A stretch of DNA of 63,819 bases, filler included, from Polymyxa betae A26-41 (taxonomy: Eukaryota > Protista > Endomyxa: Phytomyxea), in the NCBI GenBank assembly GCA_003693705.1. It is 6 parts of 6 records of this genome, joined end to end, with 100 filler letters (N's around TTAATTAATTAA, not from the genome) between each part and the next. Parts side by side here need not be neighbours in the genome. Positions count along the whole stretch, not along the records: positions 36,549 to 51,598 come from RBZT01000496.1; 5 more parts are not named here. One strand, given 5' to 3'. The notes under the pieces were generated by a model, which saw only the letters and a list, made by a program, of their open reading frames with translations, was not told the origin of the DNA and ran no database searches. A program made the translations under genes and the position numbers. Positions within the stretch are counted from its first letter, which is position 1. Each line of letters starts with the position of its first letter. This document shows positions 36,867-50,343 of this stretch, piece after piece.

Positions 36867-38276
36867 GGGAAACTACTTCTGTCTGTCGACAGATGCGCGG
36901 GCTGCGCATATGCGCCACCCGACAGATGGCGCAGCCTGCTGTCTGTCGGTTCGCAATGGCGGCGAATCATCTTGCTAACATACAAACCATTATAGTGATT
37001 ATACGACATCAGTTCTACACTGGTGCATGTAAAATTACGCTCAGTTGCTTGCCGTCGCGTTATTCCATAATAACTCAATATTGTATAGGGTTTGGACAGC
37101 TCAGTGATCAGTTCAACATTAAAATGATTTCTGCAATTTATGAAAATCCAATCAGTGAACAGCTGCAACGACCACTACAGTCGTGCGAAAGCAAATACGC
37201 CAGTAGTTCAAGTGCATTGACCTTCATTCAGAAGCTGAATTCTAACAGGGAGAAAGTGTGCGGGGCTCATACTTCCAAACATTTCACTGCGAAAACAGTG
37301 GGCAGTTTCCGGGCAGATGGGTCAAACTCGAGAATCAAGGGACGACGATTCTGTCAAGAATAATTGGGAACTGGAGTATCGACTGTCTTATTAAAACAAA
37401 CGTTATCAGGGTCTGTGCTGTGAGCGATGAGACTGTCGCTACCTGGAAGGTGACATCGACCACTGGTGCGGTTCCGAGCTTCATGCGATTGTGATTCCTT
37501 CCGAAGCACCTACATCCCCTGTCGTCACATTTGTTCTGTGGTAATTTCAAGTCAGATCGATTCTTTCCATGTATTTCTTTCTGCGTTTCAAAAATAGTTA
37601 GCTGACACGGACTGACAGGTTTCGCTTCTGTAGATTTCTTAGAAATCTATTTGTTCTTTATTTTCTTACATTATTTTTGCTCGGATCGAGAAGAGTAATC
37701 TATATAAAAAAACACTTCTGCTATCTGACTATCTAGCTGGTTTGTGAACCTGCTACAGCTTCTATCAAAAATGGATGGCGTCTCTGTAACCATCTCTCTA
37801 TTATTTAGCCTGTCAAAGACTACAGCTTGTTCGTTCTGGTGCCGTTCCCAATAAAGAACCAGACGATAGATATTTGTCAACTCTCAAAAGAATCGACCGC
37901 GACTCAGCAAAAATTCTACATTAGCCCGTTCTTTCAATAAAGGATTGGATTGGATTGGATTTGACTAGTTCGTTGATTTTCATCAAGTATCAACAGACGG
38001 TGCTCTCTCCTAAGCACATGGCCTAAAGTACACAAATGGTAACTATAGGAGCTCCTACTATCCATTTCGGAGCGGACATTATTTCACCCGCTTTCAATAA
38101 AGTCATATTGAAGTCTAAGAGGCATAGTGTGCGAAGACTGCGAACGTCTACCAGACAGAGCCAGATATATACCAGAGAGAGGGAGAGAGGAAGAGAGGGT
38201 GAGAGAGGAAGAGAGGGAGAGAGAGAGAGCCACGGTACCGCTGCGCATATCTGTCGACAGACAGAAGTAGTTTCCC
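36867..38276. mobile_element. Non-autonomous Mutator (MULE) element with 9-bp target-site duplication
   Basis: TIR GGGAAACTACTTCTGTCTGTCGACAGAT at both ends. TSD ACTTGTATC at 36858-36866 and 38277-38285. Internal remnant HFTAKTVGSFRADGSNSRIK is MULE-transposase-like. Confidence 0.92.
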
Positions 38277-38416
38277 ACTTGTATCCTGGCTGGATGTTTC
38301 CCAACAATGTTCTAATTACAACCTCGGAGTGCGCGGCTACTAAGTTTACATCGCCTCTTCGAATGTTCCATCACATCTGGTTCTAAGCATCGGGGCCCAC
38401 AAGTCACAGCTCCATC

Positions 38417-39325
38417 ATGACATCTGATTCTATTGAGGACCCATTCGCCGTGTTTGACCCCTCAAAGATCATAGAGGTCGTTTTCAATCAGGCCTCATGC
38501 AGTGATGTAACATTACAAGTTAATGGGACTTCCTTTCACTGCCATCGTAGCGTTATTACTCCAGTGAGTCAATATTTGGAAACGTACATCGACTGGGATT
38601 CGAACAATCATGAAGTTGAAACGAAATCGAAATCGATTGTCATGATCGATCTGCCCGAGGTTCGGCTTCCTGACGGATTCTCCTCTCTAAAGAGCCATGA
38701 TACTGTTTCCTGGTTTGAAAAGTATCTGAAGTTAGTGTATGGTTTTTATAAGCCTCAGAAGGAAGACATTAATGACCTAATCGCTCTCGCCCAAATCGCC
38801 GATTATATGATCTCTCCATCTGTTATGAACTTGTGCGATCGTCTGCTGTGCTCCGCCTCCCTCAATCTGGACAATATTCTTGGTATGGCAAAATTCTGTC
38901 AACGGTATTCGCTGGCAAAGACATTTAAATCTGTCAAGAAATTCATTGCTGTTAATTTGTTCAAATTGCACCAAAACCCTCAGCTGTACCACCTGGAGAG
39001 GGAGCATTTTGGCGATATTCTGAAATTGTCAGATCATAACTGTGCTTGGACGTTTTGGATTTTGCTTTGTTTTGCATCAAGTGTGGTTCCCATAGACAAC
39101 AGCATTCCTTCTAAACTTTACATCAAAGGACCTGAAATGGTCGAATTCTTCCGGGCTGCAGTTTTCGACCTTAGTCAATTGTGGGATCTTCGCACAGTTG
39201 ATTCTATCTTCAAGGGTCTCAATTCTCGCATTGTGATAATCGATGCAGATGGCTTTGATCCACAATTTCTATGCAAAAACATTGCAGCGTGCTATCAGCG
39301 CCTGTGCCACCAACACGACGGTTAA
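38417..39325 (+). CDS. BTB/POZ (plus BACK-like) domain protein, 302 aa
   Basis: SDVTLQVNGTSFHCHRSVI...SQYLE, FEKYLKLVYG, LAQIADY...LCD and KKFIAVN. Confidence 0.85.
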   Translation: MTSDSIEDPFAVFDPSKIIEVVFNQASCSDVTLQVNGTSFHCHRSVITPVSQYLETYIDWDSNNHEVETKSKSIVMIDLPEVRLPDGFSSLKSHDTVSWFEKYLKLVYGFYKPQKEDINDLIALAQIADYMISPSVMNLCDRLLCSASLNLDNILGMAKFCQRYSLAKTFKSVKKFIAVNLFKLHQNPQLYHLEREHFGDILKLSDHNCAWTFWILLCFASSVVPIDNSIPSKLYIKGPEMVEFFRAAVFDLSQLWDLRTVDSIFKGLNSRIVIIDADGFDPQFLCKNIAACYQRLCHQHDG

Positions 39326-40149
39326 AAACAGAGAATCGCCTCTTGACAGGCAAATTCTCAATATCTTCATAGAATTAGAATTGTGGAATCAAAGAATACA
39401 ATCCATATTTACAATCCATTCCATTATTTGCCGTGCATCTTCTGCTACATGGGCCTTACAGCAATACAGCCAATTTGCTCCCGTTCTGGAAGGTCGCTCC
39501 AGTCAGGGCAATTTAGAGTACAATAAGCGCTTGGAGATCGTTCGATCGGTTCCGGAAATATCATCTGTTACTGAGAGAGTGCAGAAAATTGCTGGTTCGG
39601 GTTGGATTGTCGCGAGCGACAACAAAAGCCCAAACCTTAAAACCCTTCAGGTCATGAACAGAGAGAGGCGCCGCCTCTCGAAACTGATTAGGAGAGGAGG
39701 CCGCACCTGCACAGCCTCTTGAAACCGATGAGGAACTCAACTTTAGTGCGGCTTCCTCAGATGAAGCCGCACCAGCGCAGCCTCCTGAAGTGGTCGAAGA
39801 GGCTGCTCCAGTGCAGCCCGCTTTGGAGGCCGCTCCCGCCACCGCAGCTGCTCCCACTGGCAGCTTTTCTACCAGACCAATTTCATGGTAGTAGCGTGCC
39901 TGCCAAATGTCTGTCTCTGTTGGGTTTTGGGCCAGCTCCTTATTCAGTCTTTCAGTAATAGTGTCTCTCCTTGGTTTTGCAGAAGTTCCATGTTGATTCG
40001 TATAACTGTAATCTAAGCCCTAGCGTGTAATGGTTTCAGTGCGACTCCATAACGAACTTGAATGCGGGATTGAGGCGGGGAATCTTTTCATCATAGCCCA
40101 AAAATAACAATTTATTAATATCGTTCAGTGCATCTAACTATGCAGAGGG

Positions 40150-41084
40150 TCACCAATTGTCAGCAGGGTGATCAAGCCGATAATAACAGTCACTGAATAT
40201 CTTGAAAACAAATGCTTGATCGCGGCCTGGTCCACCAAACGGATTGTCGCCGAAGCGATCGTTGATCGACTTAACAATGTTGTTCAGATCTGATCGATCC
40301 CAATGGAGACTGATCTCCCGTACAACACTTCGGAACAGGCCTCTTAATTTAGCATCTTTAATAAATCGCTGGCAATTGCCATTTCCGACTGGAACTGGTC
40401 GAGTCACATAACAATAAACTGTAAAGAACTGCCAGTACTTGTCCGAAGAGGGCAATTTCATGATAACGGCAAAATTCTCTTGTTGAATTTCGTACAGCTT
40501 CGGGATATTAGAAAGCTGGTGAATCTGGCTTGCGATGTATTCCTTCACAGACAGAAATGTGTTAACAAGAGGATATTTCTGACAGAATAAGGCCACATCC
40601 AGAACATTTTTAGTGTTGAATGAGATCGAGTTCAAATTATCATCACATAATTTCGTCACGGAATCACATACAAGATAATCTGCGATCTGGGCCATGGCGA
40701 AGACCTCGGAGTGGCAACAACTATCGAGGTCGCTTAAGCCATACACGATTTTCAGAAATTTTAAAAAACCAAAGCAGTGCTGTGGGATTGCTCGCCCTTG
40801 AAGGGTTCCGGTATATCGATATCACGAATATCGATTTTAATCAGCGGTTTGGAGCCTTTTTCTGAAAGCGTGATGTTGGATTTTGATGGAGACTAGAGTA
40901 GAAACCGCTCCACATAGTCACAGCTGGGGACCAGTACGGCCCGATGACCGAAGTACTTGGTCCCATTGACCACCAGAATCAGGTCACTGCTGGAGGCAAG
41001 ATTGAACAGAGCACGGACGGTCTTAACAGCATTGAGCACGGCGCCCTGTCCGGATGTTTTGAAGGATCCTTTGAGGTTGGACAT
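40150..41084 (-). pseudogene. BTB/POZ paralogue 2 (stop and frameshifts)
   Basis: SDLILVVNGTKYFGHRAVL and AQIADYLVCDSV. TAG at about 40893 where paralogue 3 has TGG. Confidence 0.8.
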
Positions 41085-41410
41085 GATGCAGAGATCGTCC
41101 GATGTCGACGCTCGATGTTGTGGAATGACGCTTCGAGACTAGTCGACTCACGGACTCCGAGCAGCCACTCAGACAAATCTTAAGTTCGACTCTGCTATAT
41201 ACTCGACAGGTCTTCTGTTGTAAGTCCAACTCATCACCAAACGCGCGAGCATGGAGGTGGGCGGCTGCCCCCTGAGATAGAATCAACCTGAGCCCTTAGC
41301 GTGTGATCGTTTCAGCGAGACTAGTTTTGCAAACTTGAATACGGGATTAAGGCGTGGAATCATTTCGTCAAAGAGAATAACAAGGAATTTATTGATATCG
41401 TTCACTGCAT

Positions 41411-42357
41411 CTACCTATTCAAAGGGGACGGATTATCAAGCCGGTAGTAACAATCGTTCAATAACTTGTAGAGAAATGCTTGATCGCTGCTTGATCCACC
41501 AAACAAATTGTCGTTGGAGCCTTTGTTGATCGTTCTAACAATGTAGTTCAAATCTGATCGATCAAAATGGAGACTGATCTCCAGTACCACACTCCGGAAA
41601 AGCTCTCTGAATTCATCATCTTTGATGTCTCTCAGGAGACTGAATCCATGGCCGACGGGAACTTGTCCTGTCACATAACAATAAACTGTAAATAACTGCC
41701 AGTACCTGTTTGACGACGGCAATTTCATGATATCCGCAAAGTTCTCGTTTTGAATTTCGTACAGCTTGGGGATATTAAAGAGCAAGGGAATCTGGCTTGC
41801 GATGCATTTCTTCACAGACTGAACTGAAATGTATTAACAAGAGGATATTTCTGACAGAATAAGGCCACATCCAGAACATTTTTAGTGTTGAATGAGATCG
41901 AGCTCAGAATATCAGCACATAATTTCGTCACGGAATCACAGACAAGGTAATCTGCGATCTGGGCCTTGGCGAAGACGTCTGCCAGGCAATCACGATCGAG
42001 GTCGCTTAAGTCGTACAAGATTTTCAGAAATCTCTCAAAGAAAACCGCAGTGCTGTGGGCATGCTGGCCCTTAAAGCGTTCCGGGACATCAATATCAGGA
42101 AGATCGATTTCAATCAGCGGTTTCGATCTTTTTTCTGAAGGTTTGAAGTTGGATTTTGATGGAGACCAGAGTAAAAACCGCTCCACATAGTCACAGCTGG
42201 GGACCAGTACGGCCCGATGACGGAAGAACTTTGTCCCATTGACCATCAAAATCAGGTCACTGCTGGAGGCTTGATTGAACAGCGCCTGGAGGTCTTAACA
42301 GCAGTAATCACGGCGCCCTGTCCGGATGTTTTGTGAGATCCATTGAGGTTGGACATG
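41411..42357 (-). pseudogene. BTB/POZ paralogue 3 (frameshifts), tandem duplicate of paralogue 2
   Basis: VNGTKFFRHRAVLVPSCDYVERFLL. Nearly collinear with 40150-41084, including the 3' flank. Confidence 0.8.
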
Positions 42358-43390
42358 ATGTAGAGTGATGAGGAATGACGCGTCAAGACGGNNNNNNNNN
42401 NNNNNNNNNNNNNNNNNNNNNNNNNNNNNNNNNNNNNNNNNNNNNNNNNNNNNNNNNNNNNNNNNNNNNNNNNNNNNNNNNNNNNNNNNNNNNNNNNNNN
42501 NNNNNNNNNNNNNNNNNNNNNNNNNNNNNNNNNTTTCACGCTGCAATTCGTTATGTGACGAGTGAGGTCCCTGACTGGCAAGGAGCCGATTATACTCGCG
42601 CTATTCATGATGGCGATTCGAGGGAGCTCTACCAAGCTGCTCTACCAGAAGTCAGTCTTCCTCGAAACCTTTTTACCTTGAATATCATTGTAGAGTCTGA
42701 GCACAAAGCGGACAAAGAGAAGGTTTTCAACGGGTTTTCACAAGATCAAGATTGTAAAAACTTCAGCGAGTGCTTTTTGAGGCTGAATCACCAATCAAAC
42801 ACTGACCAACTTTCCACTTCATAATTCAACTGTTACACATTTCAATGCATTTTCGACTGAAGAGGAACATTGCTGAAATCTGCACACAATCAAGCACAAA
42901 CGGAAAAAAAATTGAGCGAACTTTTCTGGTTCCTGAGTACTTCTCTCAAATCACGAAACACTTATTTGCATGAGCAGCCTCTGCTTGGAATCTCCAATTT
43001 TGTAAGTTCGTGTGGAAATGCTCTTTTGATGAAAGATATCTGAATTTTTATCGAATGTTTTGATACTTTGGACTCAGGTGATCGGAATCCATTGGTTTTG
43101 TGAAGACAGAGGGTGGAAATCGCTCTATGTTGAGAAACTCTTGATCTAGGTAGAACTGAAAGCCTTTTAAAGCTATCGGAGCCAGCGAATTGAAAAAATC
43201 GAAAACGGATCTAAAAACTCCAGAAGCATAATATGGAGATTCAATTGGATTCATTATTGGACGATCGCCTATCGTATCATAATGACATTTTAAGGGATCA
43301 TGGTCTATGTCAATGCAGCACGAACCCCTGATAGAGAAACAACGAAGTTCAGGGCCGTAACTTGATTCGTTACAGCATCGTCAGCAACAG

Positions 43391-44438
43391 TTGGAAATAC
43401 AGAGATACGTGAAAGCAAATATTCACCATTTAATAGACAGGCGGACTGATAAAAACCAACGGATGAAATTAACCCAGGCAATGAATTATAAGGCGGCGGT
43501 CGGCCACCTGATATGGCTGCTTCATGCACGCCCGGATATAGCATATGCTGTCGGTGAAGTTGCCCGATTTGTTGACAGTCCCGGCCCTGCTCACTTCGTC
43601 GCGCTCAAACGAATCTTTCGTTATCTAAGAGGAACGACGCGATATGGTCTCTTGTTCAAGAGAGAAGGAGAGTGCGCAAAATTCTCTCTCCACGGATATT
43701 GCGACTCCGACTGGGCAGGTTGTGTCGATACTAGACGCTCGACTTCAGGTTTCAGTTTCTTCGTTAATAACTGTCTTTATCGATCAAAACGACAACTTTC
43801 CACAGCTCTGTCTTCTTGCGAAGCTGAAGTTCTTGCTTCGTCTCTGGCAGCTACCGAAGCCCTTTGGTTGCGTGATGTGCTAACTGAACTAGGTTTCTAT
43901 TCGGGAGGTCCTGTTTCTTTACATCAGGACAATCAAGGAGCTATTGCTTTTGATCTAAGTGAAGTTCCTCACTCAAAAATGAAACACATAGCGCTTCGCC
44001 AGAGCTTTCTTCGTGAACTTGTTTCTAATAATGTTCTTCTTCCGCTATATGTTTCCTCTGCAGACAACAATGCTGATTTCTTTACTAAGGGCCTAAATTC
44101 TTCACGATTTATTGATCTTCGCGAACGGATCGGTTGTATTACTCGTCCCGCTGCATTTGAGGGGGGGGGGAGTTGAGTAGTCTCATGCATCGTGACTCCT
44201 GATGTGTCACGTTTCTATTTGTTGCAAAGTCTCTGATCTATATAAACATCATCTTGTATTTCGCTAACTTTAACAACATCTTTGTCTTAGAATCTCTAGA
44301 AACTTAGTTCCGTGTAACTCCCAGCTCTGTGAAGTATGTTAAAGAATGTGGTGATGCTCTATAATTTGGCTCTTTTCTGATAAACTCCTTTTTTCTATTG
44401 CAGATTTTTGACTATGAGCCTGTGAGGTTGTCTCAACA
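43391..44438 (+). mobile_element. Ty1/copia 3' end: RT end, RNase H, polypurine tract and 3' LTR (44171-44438)
   Basis: RPDIAYAV, GYCDSDWAG, RRSTSG, ALSSCEAE, DNQGAI and ADFFTKGL. G-run PPT. LTR ends AGTTGAG...CTCAACA. Confidence 0.92.
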
Positions 44439-46382
44439 CTAAATAGAGGAATGTCCGCCATATCGGAACCCTGGATAGAAATGTGCGTTCACGGAGTAAT
44501 GATTAATCCCTATCTCAATGATAGATCAATCATGCATTTGTTGCGCTCACATCGAGATCATCAGAGACCATATTCTGCAGGCATATTGCACAATCTTGGT
44601 GAACGAATTTGGTCATCTAAACATATCGCTAAACATATAAATGCCAAGACTCATACTGGACCGGCCAGGAACCTTTATGTATTCTTCAGGATATTGAACA
44701 TTGAGGTCTATTGTGTCGTGTTCGGGGATATCATAGGAGCTATTGACGACAGAAATCCAGACCTGTGATAGAGTTTAATAGCTGATTATTACAGACAGCG
44801 ACTGAACTCTTGAAATCAGGAGAGAAGCAGCATAAGCCTCCTTGCTGATGTACATTGTTTCATTGCGGGTAATTTCCTGTAAGTCGAGTTCGGGCTTCGG
44901 CTGTATAGCTCGGATGTCTAACAATCATGAGAACGATATTGTCCGAGGCAGATCGGGCATTAGCCACGCCTCCTGAGCTCATGTTTCTAACAGTTCTCAG
45001 TAGGCGAATTGTGTGAATATTCCCATTATAAAATGGATGTTGAAGTGACAGCAGAGCCGGTGTAGTACCGAACCTCTGTAAGAACTCGAAGTGTTCCTCC
45101 GAGTCCAGTGACGTCATTCCCACTGTAGCCAGATCGAATAATTTCTGAGACTCGATCGTATCGAATCCGGTCTCTGAACCAACCAAATAGTCGTGGATCG
45201 CACTAAGTAACGATCGCTCCGAATATCCGAATTCTCTGCAAAACTCAACTCAGAGATTCGTAACAAAAATTGATAAAAGTCTTCACAGCTGCTGAAAAAT
45301 CATTTATCACGAAACATTTTACACCAAAATCAACCATCACATCATCGATGAATGATTCACAGAAGAACATGGAAAAGTAAATTAGATATTATGAAGAGTC
45401 AAAAAGAAAATGATAGTCAATGTGAACCTTGTATGAAGCAGGACCAGAACCCAACTTGCATAACCAGATCTTCCATGATTTAGGTTCTCGTTGTAATAGG
45501 AGGAATATTCGGAAATATTACGGAGAAAGCCCCAAATAATATCGGCAAGGCGAAACCGATATTGATAAGAGCGCGATTTGGGCAGAGATAGTTCCGGGAC
45601 GCGCCTGAATGCTCAATAAGTAGACTGTCCGAGCCATTCATTTCAATACGAATTGGAGCATTATAAGTTTTGAAAGAATTAAAAGGAGAATGGAACAGTT
45701 AACGGAACAATGAGGAGAAATAAAGCTCCATTCAGCATAAAACAGTCGCACATTTGGCAGCCGACAAAAGCGTAGGGAACCCAGCTGATGCGATCTGGGG
45801 CCGCCAGATGGTCCAGTACGTCGTGATGCGACAATTTCCCCGACAATAGGTCACGGACCAGATCTCGCAGACACATAGACCGCAGCTGATCTTTGTCGGC
45901 TTCTGTTTCCCTGTCATGTCAATATATTGAGCACAGATTAGGGTTGTCATGCGAGTAACGTTACTGAGCATCGACCTCGGGCAGTACGACCCGAATCTCG
46001 TCCAGCCAGCGTTCCACATCTGCCGACCCGAATCTCAATGTCCGCCAATTGTCTTCCGGAACTGCGCAGCAGAGAAGTTGAACAGCCCGTACAGTGGTCT
46101 CTTTCGATGCGAACATAGTCGCCGTCAGTCCCGGGAACAGGGCCAGTTCAACTGCGACTTCGGCGGTCAGAAATCGACGAACCTCGGTCCCGGACTTGGC
46201 CAGCATCGACAACGCCGGCCCAAACAGCCGAGCAAACACCAACGGGGGCAAATGCTGCGATTCGCGATGGACCAGGGCAAGCACGGCCTGGGGCCCGGAT
46301 TTGTGAAGAAATGCGACCCAGAGTGGCCAGGCAGGCCTATATGAAATAAGCGGAATTAAATTGGGGAATAAAGAGCCATGAG

Positions 46383-46546
46383 CATGTAATGTTACAGAAG
46401 TAAAATGAAATAACAGACTTAAATGTAAATGTTACACAGGTAAAAGGACATAGCAGACTCAAATGTATTGTTACAGATGTTACAGAGGTAAAACGACATA
46501 ACAGACATAAATGTAATGTTACATCGGTAAAATGTCATAACAGATT
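46383..46546. repeat. Minisatellite, about 39-bp unit, four copies
   Basis: Consensus close to AAATGTAATGTTACAGAGGTAAAACGACATAACAGAC. Confidence 0.8.
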
Positions 46547-48736
46547 AAACGCACCAGTCAATTGTTTTGGGGGAGGCTTTCTCATAATTGAAATCTTGAA
46601 ACATGAAAGCATCATAGAAAGTAGTGAGAGCGTTATCACGGTTGAAGCAGGGTGTAGAAAGAGCATTCGTTGATGTACGGGCACTGAAGTCAAAATCGTA
46701 TCAGAAGAATTCCGGGAAATTTTCGATGCCCATCAGCCTGTAGGAAATACTTGTAACATTTTGAATATTATGAACGGCCAGAGATGGAGATATCAATTGT
46801 GTGAGTGTTCCCGAACAATGCATGCCGTCAATATCATTGTTAACAAGTTTCATAACACGCAGGAACGTACTTTCCATCTGGCAAAAGCTGGCATTTAAAC
46901 CCTTCAGTATAAATGTCGCTTATACTGTATACAGATTGCTATTAGCTTCATGAAAGCTCGATTTGTTACATTTGTACTGAAATCGCTATGCAAAGTCCTC
47001 TCCGACCGAATTTACAGAATCCGTTCGGGATCATTGACTACAGAATCCTGTCTCTGGAAACAGGCTGTGATATCGACTTCCAATCTTCATAGATCACATT
47101 CATTGAGTTGATAGCCATACAGCGGTGATAAGGCAAACAAACTTGCTGTGTACCTGAGATCATGCCTTACTATCGACATCGAATAGACGGCCGCATTAAT
47201 ATGCACCCAATAAAGATCAGCTCTAATCATGCGTTAACCAAATGCAACACGCTCTGTTCAAAGCTCGTCCAAGGCGAATTAGGCGATCATTGGCTGTGAT
47301 AATAGAAATGTGCATTGGTTTGGTGTCGTCGAACAATTGCTCAAAGCGGAGTGCCAATCACTTTACTAACACAAATTCTATATCGCTCGCAAAAATTTGA
47401 ATCGTTTATCTCGGAAAAGTTGAAGCCAACAGATGAGGAAGCGGCCCAGAAAAAGATTTCAATCGTGGACTTGAAAATGATAGAAAATTGCTGTTGGTCG
47501 AAATGTCGCTCCGAGCGGAAGTTGTTTTTTGATCATGAATTACTCTGTACTATGAAATAACCAGCTGAAACAGCAGCAATAAATAAATCCGAAATACGAT
47601 CTCTGTAGCATGGTTTCTCATATTCAAAAAAAGTTGGGAAACTGGGTCAACGGAAGGAATGATGATTAATACAGTGAGAATGATCCAAAGGACAGAGTCA
47701 GAACCCTAACATGACTTGAAGGAGACTCTTCAGCTGTGTCTGTGACTGGGGTAGACCCCAAAAGGGCCTACTAATCGCCCCCTTCCTACCTCCGGAATCT
47801 GTCCATCTTCAACTTCCGGTTCCATTCGTTTTTCGCAACCTGTCACGTAAGTTATAATAATGTATCGTAACATCGTTACATCCGTACTGACCTTGGCCGG
47901 GTGCAGCCACCGACTTGCCTTTGAACAATATTGAGCCGATCTCCGAACAAGCGTTAATTGATGCCTCCGAACGAGCCTTAATTGATGAGTTTTTCCAAGA
48001 TCTGGATCCCGCTATTTAAGCAGAAGATACTCAACGTATGAGCGAGATGTTTGATGATGGCTCATGATGGCGAATTGTGGCACGTCACAAATCCGTCCTT
48101 CTTCATCGACAAATTACGTGAATGTTTGTTACAAGGTGGTGAACCAGGTCCAATTCAGTAGTACATGGTTTGTTTTCTTTTTAAAATCGAACTGGAACTG
48201 CTGTCAGCAAACCATAACGACACTGGAGTTGCTCGTTCTCAGCGAGACCCAAACTAACGGCTCTGAAGTTGTTGGAATTATATATTCAGTTTGCTTATAT
48301 TATAACTGAATAAACAAATCCGGCTGACAACCAGTAGAGGCCCAGCACAGCGGGCTGCGCCTTCGACCTTCCAGGCCAAGCGGACTGCAGTACGTCAATG
48401 GACGGAACAAAGCTAACAGCCTCTGAATCTGTGATACATACAGCGTATACACGACCTTCGAAAAATAGGAAGAGAAAAGTTTGTGGTGCGTTTTATATAC
48501 AATTCTGTAATAGAAGATGTACATAGATGAGAACACACAGCGTTACATGATAACAGATTGGCGTTGAATTCGCCCATAAAGATGACATATGAGAATGGCC
48601 AAGACGATAGCACAGGCAGTAGAAATGAAACAAAAGATGAGGACTTTGGTGGTAGAAAACCCTATAGACATATAATCAGATTTGTTCTCACACAATGAAA
48701 AAAAAGGGAAATCCATAAATCCGTCAAAAAAAACAT

Positions 48737-50343
48737 TCATAAATAGGTAAAGATTTCTGCGATAAAAAACATGCTGCGCTTACACGAGCTATGACCAGGA
48801 CCAACTTCATCTATTTCAGAGGTAACAACTGTTTGTGAGACGGAATCCGACTCGGTCGAGCTCATAGGTGCAGACGATGCGATCTCGAGACCAACTTCAA
48901 GACCGTCTGGATTGCGGTCGTTGTGAACGTCAAGGGCATCTGGACTACGGTCGTCGTGGACATTAAGAGCATCGGGATCATGGTCGTCCGAAGACCTGAG
49001 TTCATCCAATAAGTTCGCGATCTCCGAACCTTCAACAGCATAAGAACGGGCAGTACGACCATAATAATCGCGAAGGTTCAAATCAATCAGTCCCTCAATT
49101 GACAGCAGCTCACGAACGGCCGCGGCATTGCCGACCTGTACGGCTGTGTGCAGAACCGGGCAATATCTGATAGAGGCGAGACCGTGGAGCACTCCGCCCC
49201 AGAACGGCGTCTTCAGCACCGCCCGTAAGAGGCCGTGCTGGCTCTCGATGTCGATCAACTCCAGTATGATTCCGTGGATCCCGCCCAAGTCCCCAAATTG
49301 GAAGTTCTCGCACTTCATGATGGCGGTGATCATGTCGAATTGTTCCCTCTGGATGAGGACTTTAATGTCCCTTGACAGCGCATCGGCCGTCCCAGTAACG
49401 AAAGGCAAAATAGGCTGCAATTCGATGAACGTGATATCGGTGAGTTTCAAATTCGGCAGATAAAAGGGAACTCCGAGAAAGTAGAAGTTCTTGATGAGAT
49501 TTAGGCGTGATCGAAATAATGGATTTGCAATAAACCTGGAAACGCATTCTGCTATCAGATAGTGATCGTCAAAATCTATTTCGTCAAATCGTCCCGGAAG
49601 ATCAGCTAGAATGAAGTTGTCATAATAATTGCTGACAAATTGCTGGATTTCTTCGAGAATATTCTCAGGAATACTGGCCGAGGGCGTCAAGCCGTCCCCC
49701 TCTGGAACCAGCTGCAAGATAATGCCCAGAGCCTCTCTTTGGGAAATTTCACTCATGTACAAAAATTCCGATAATGAGATGGATATGATCCAACCAGGAA
49801 TCAATCTCATAACTGATGGGATCCGTCCGATTCCACTCTTAGTGAATAGATCCAGTACGGCGTCCGGTGAAGAAAGCGCTGCCATCTGGAGACGATTCAA
49901 GAAGAGAGCAGCAACTTCGTCTGTGAAGATGTCGGAGAGAACAACGGCCGGAAGAGCGAGCAGCTGCCGCAACGTCAGCAGGAAGTCGGCGCCCGACGAC
50001 CGCATTCGGATTTCGGTCCGCCACACATCGGGAGTCCGGCCCCGGACTTGTTCGTAGCTTCTTTTGTTGACCTGGGCGACCTTTGAAGCCAGTTCATAAC
50101 CGAGCTGCGTGCTCAATGATCAGATCAAGCTCCAGATCATGTCCGGGCACATCCGGCGACCCCATGGACGGGGCCAGTACGACGGGGCGCACCGATGACA
50201 GAGTCGACTGCAGCGATGATGCCAGAACCCGTCTCTATGTTGACTTCACCCTCAGGGACGCGACCATGGCTGGGTTCGGTGTCGTTCTGGGTGGCGGATG
50301 CCGTCACGGATATGAGAGCAGCGATCACAATAACAATATTCAT
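48737..50343 (-). CDS. Putative secreted ankyrin-repeat protein (two or more exons), effector-like
   Basis: Signal peptide MNIVIVIAALISVTASA. A 56-nt GT-AG intron at 50105-50160 joins the two ORFs in frame. Ankyrin repeat VLHTAVQVGNAAAVRELL...DLNLRDYYGRTARSYA. Three 11-aa PDALxV repeats. Confidence 0.72.

Noticed and set aside
46383-46546. CRISPR-like array
   Set aside because: No unique spacers, no cas genes and a eukaryotic context; it is a minisatellite. The same applies to the repeats at 34557-34718 and 35814-35950.
48413-48613. LINE AP-endonuclease remnant (VIFMGEFNANLL)
   Set aside because: A single short motif with no linked RT; too weak to call.
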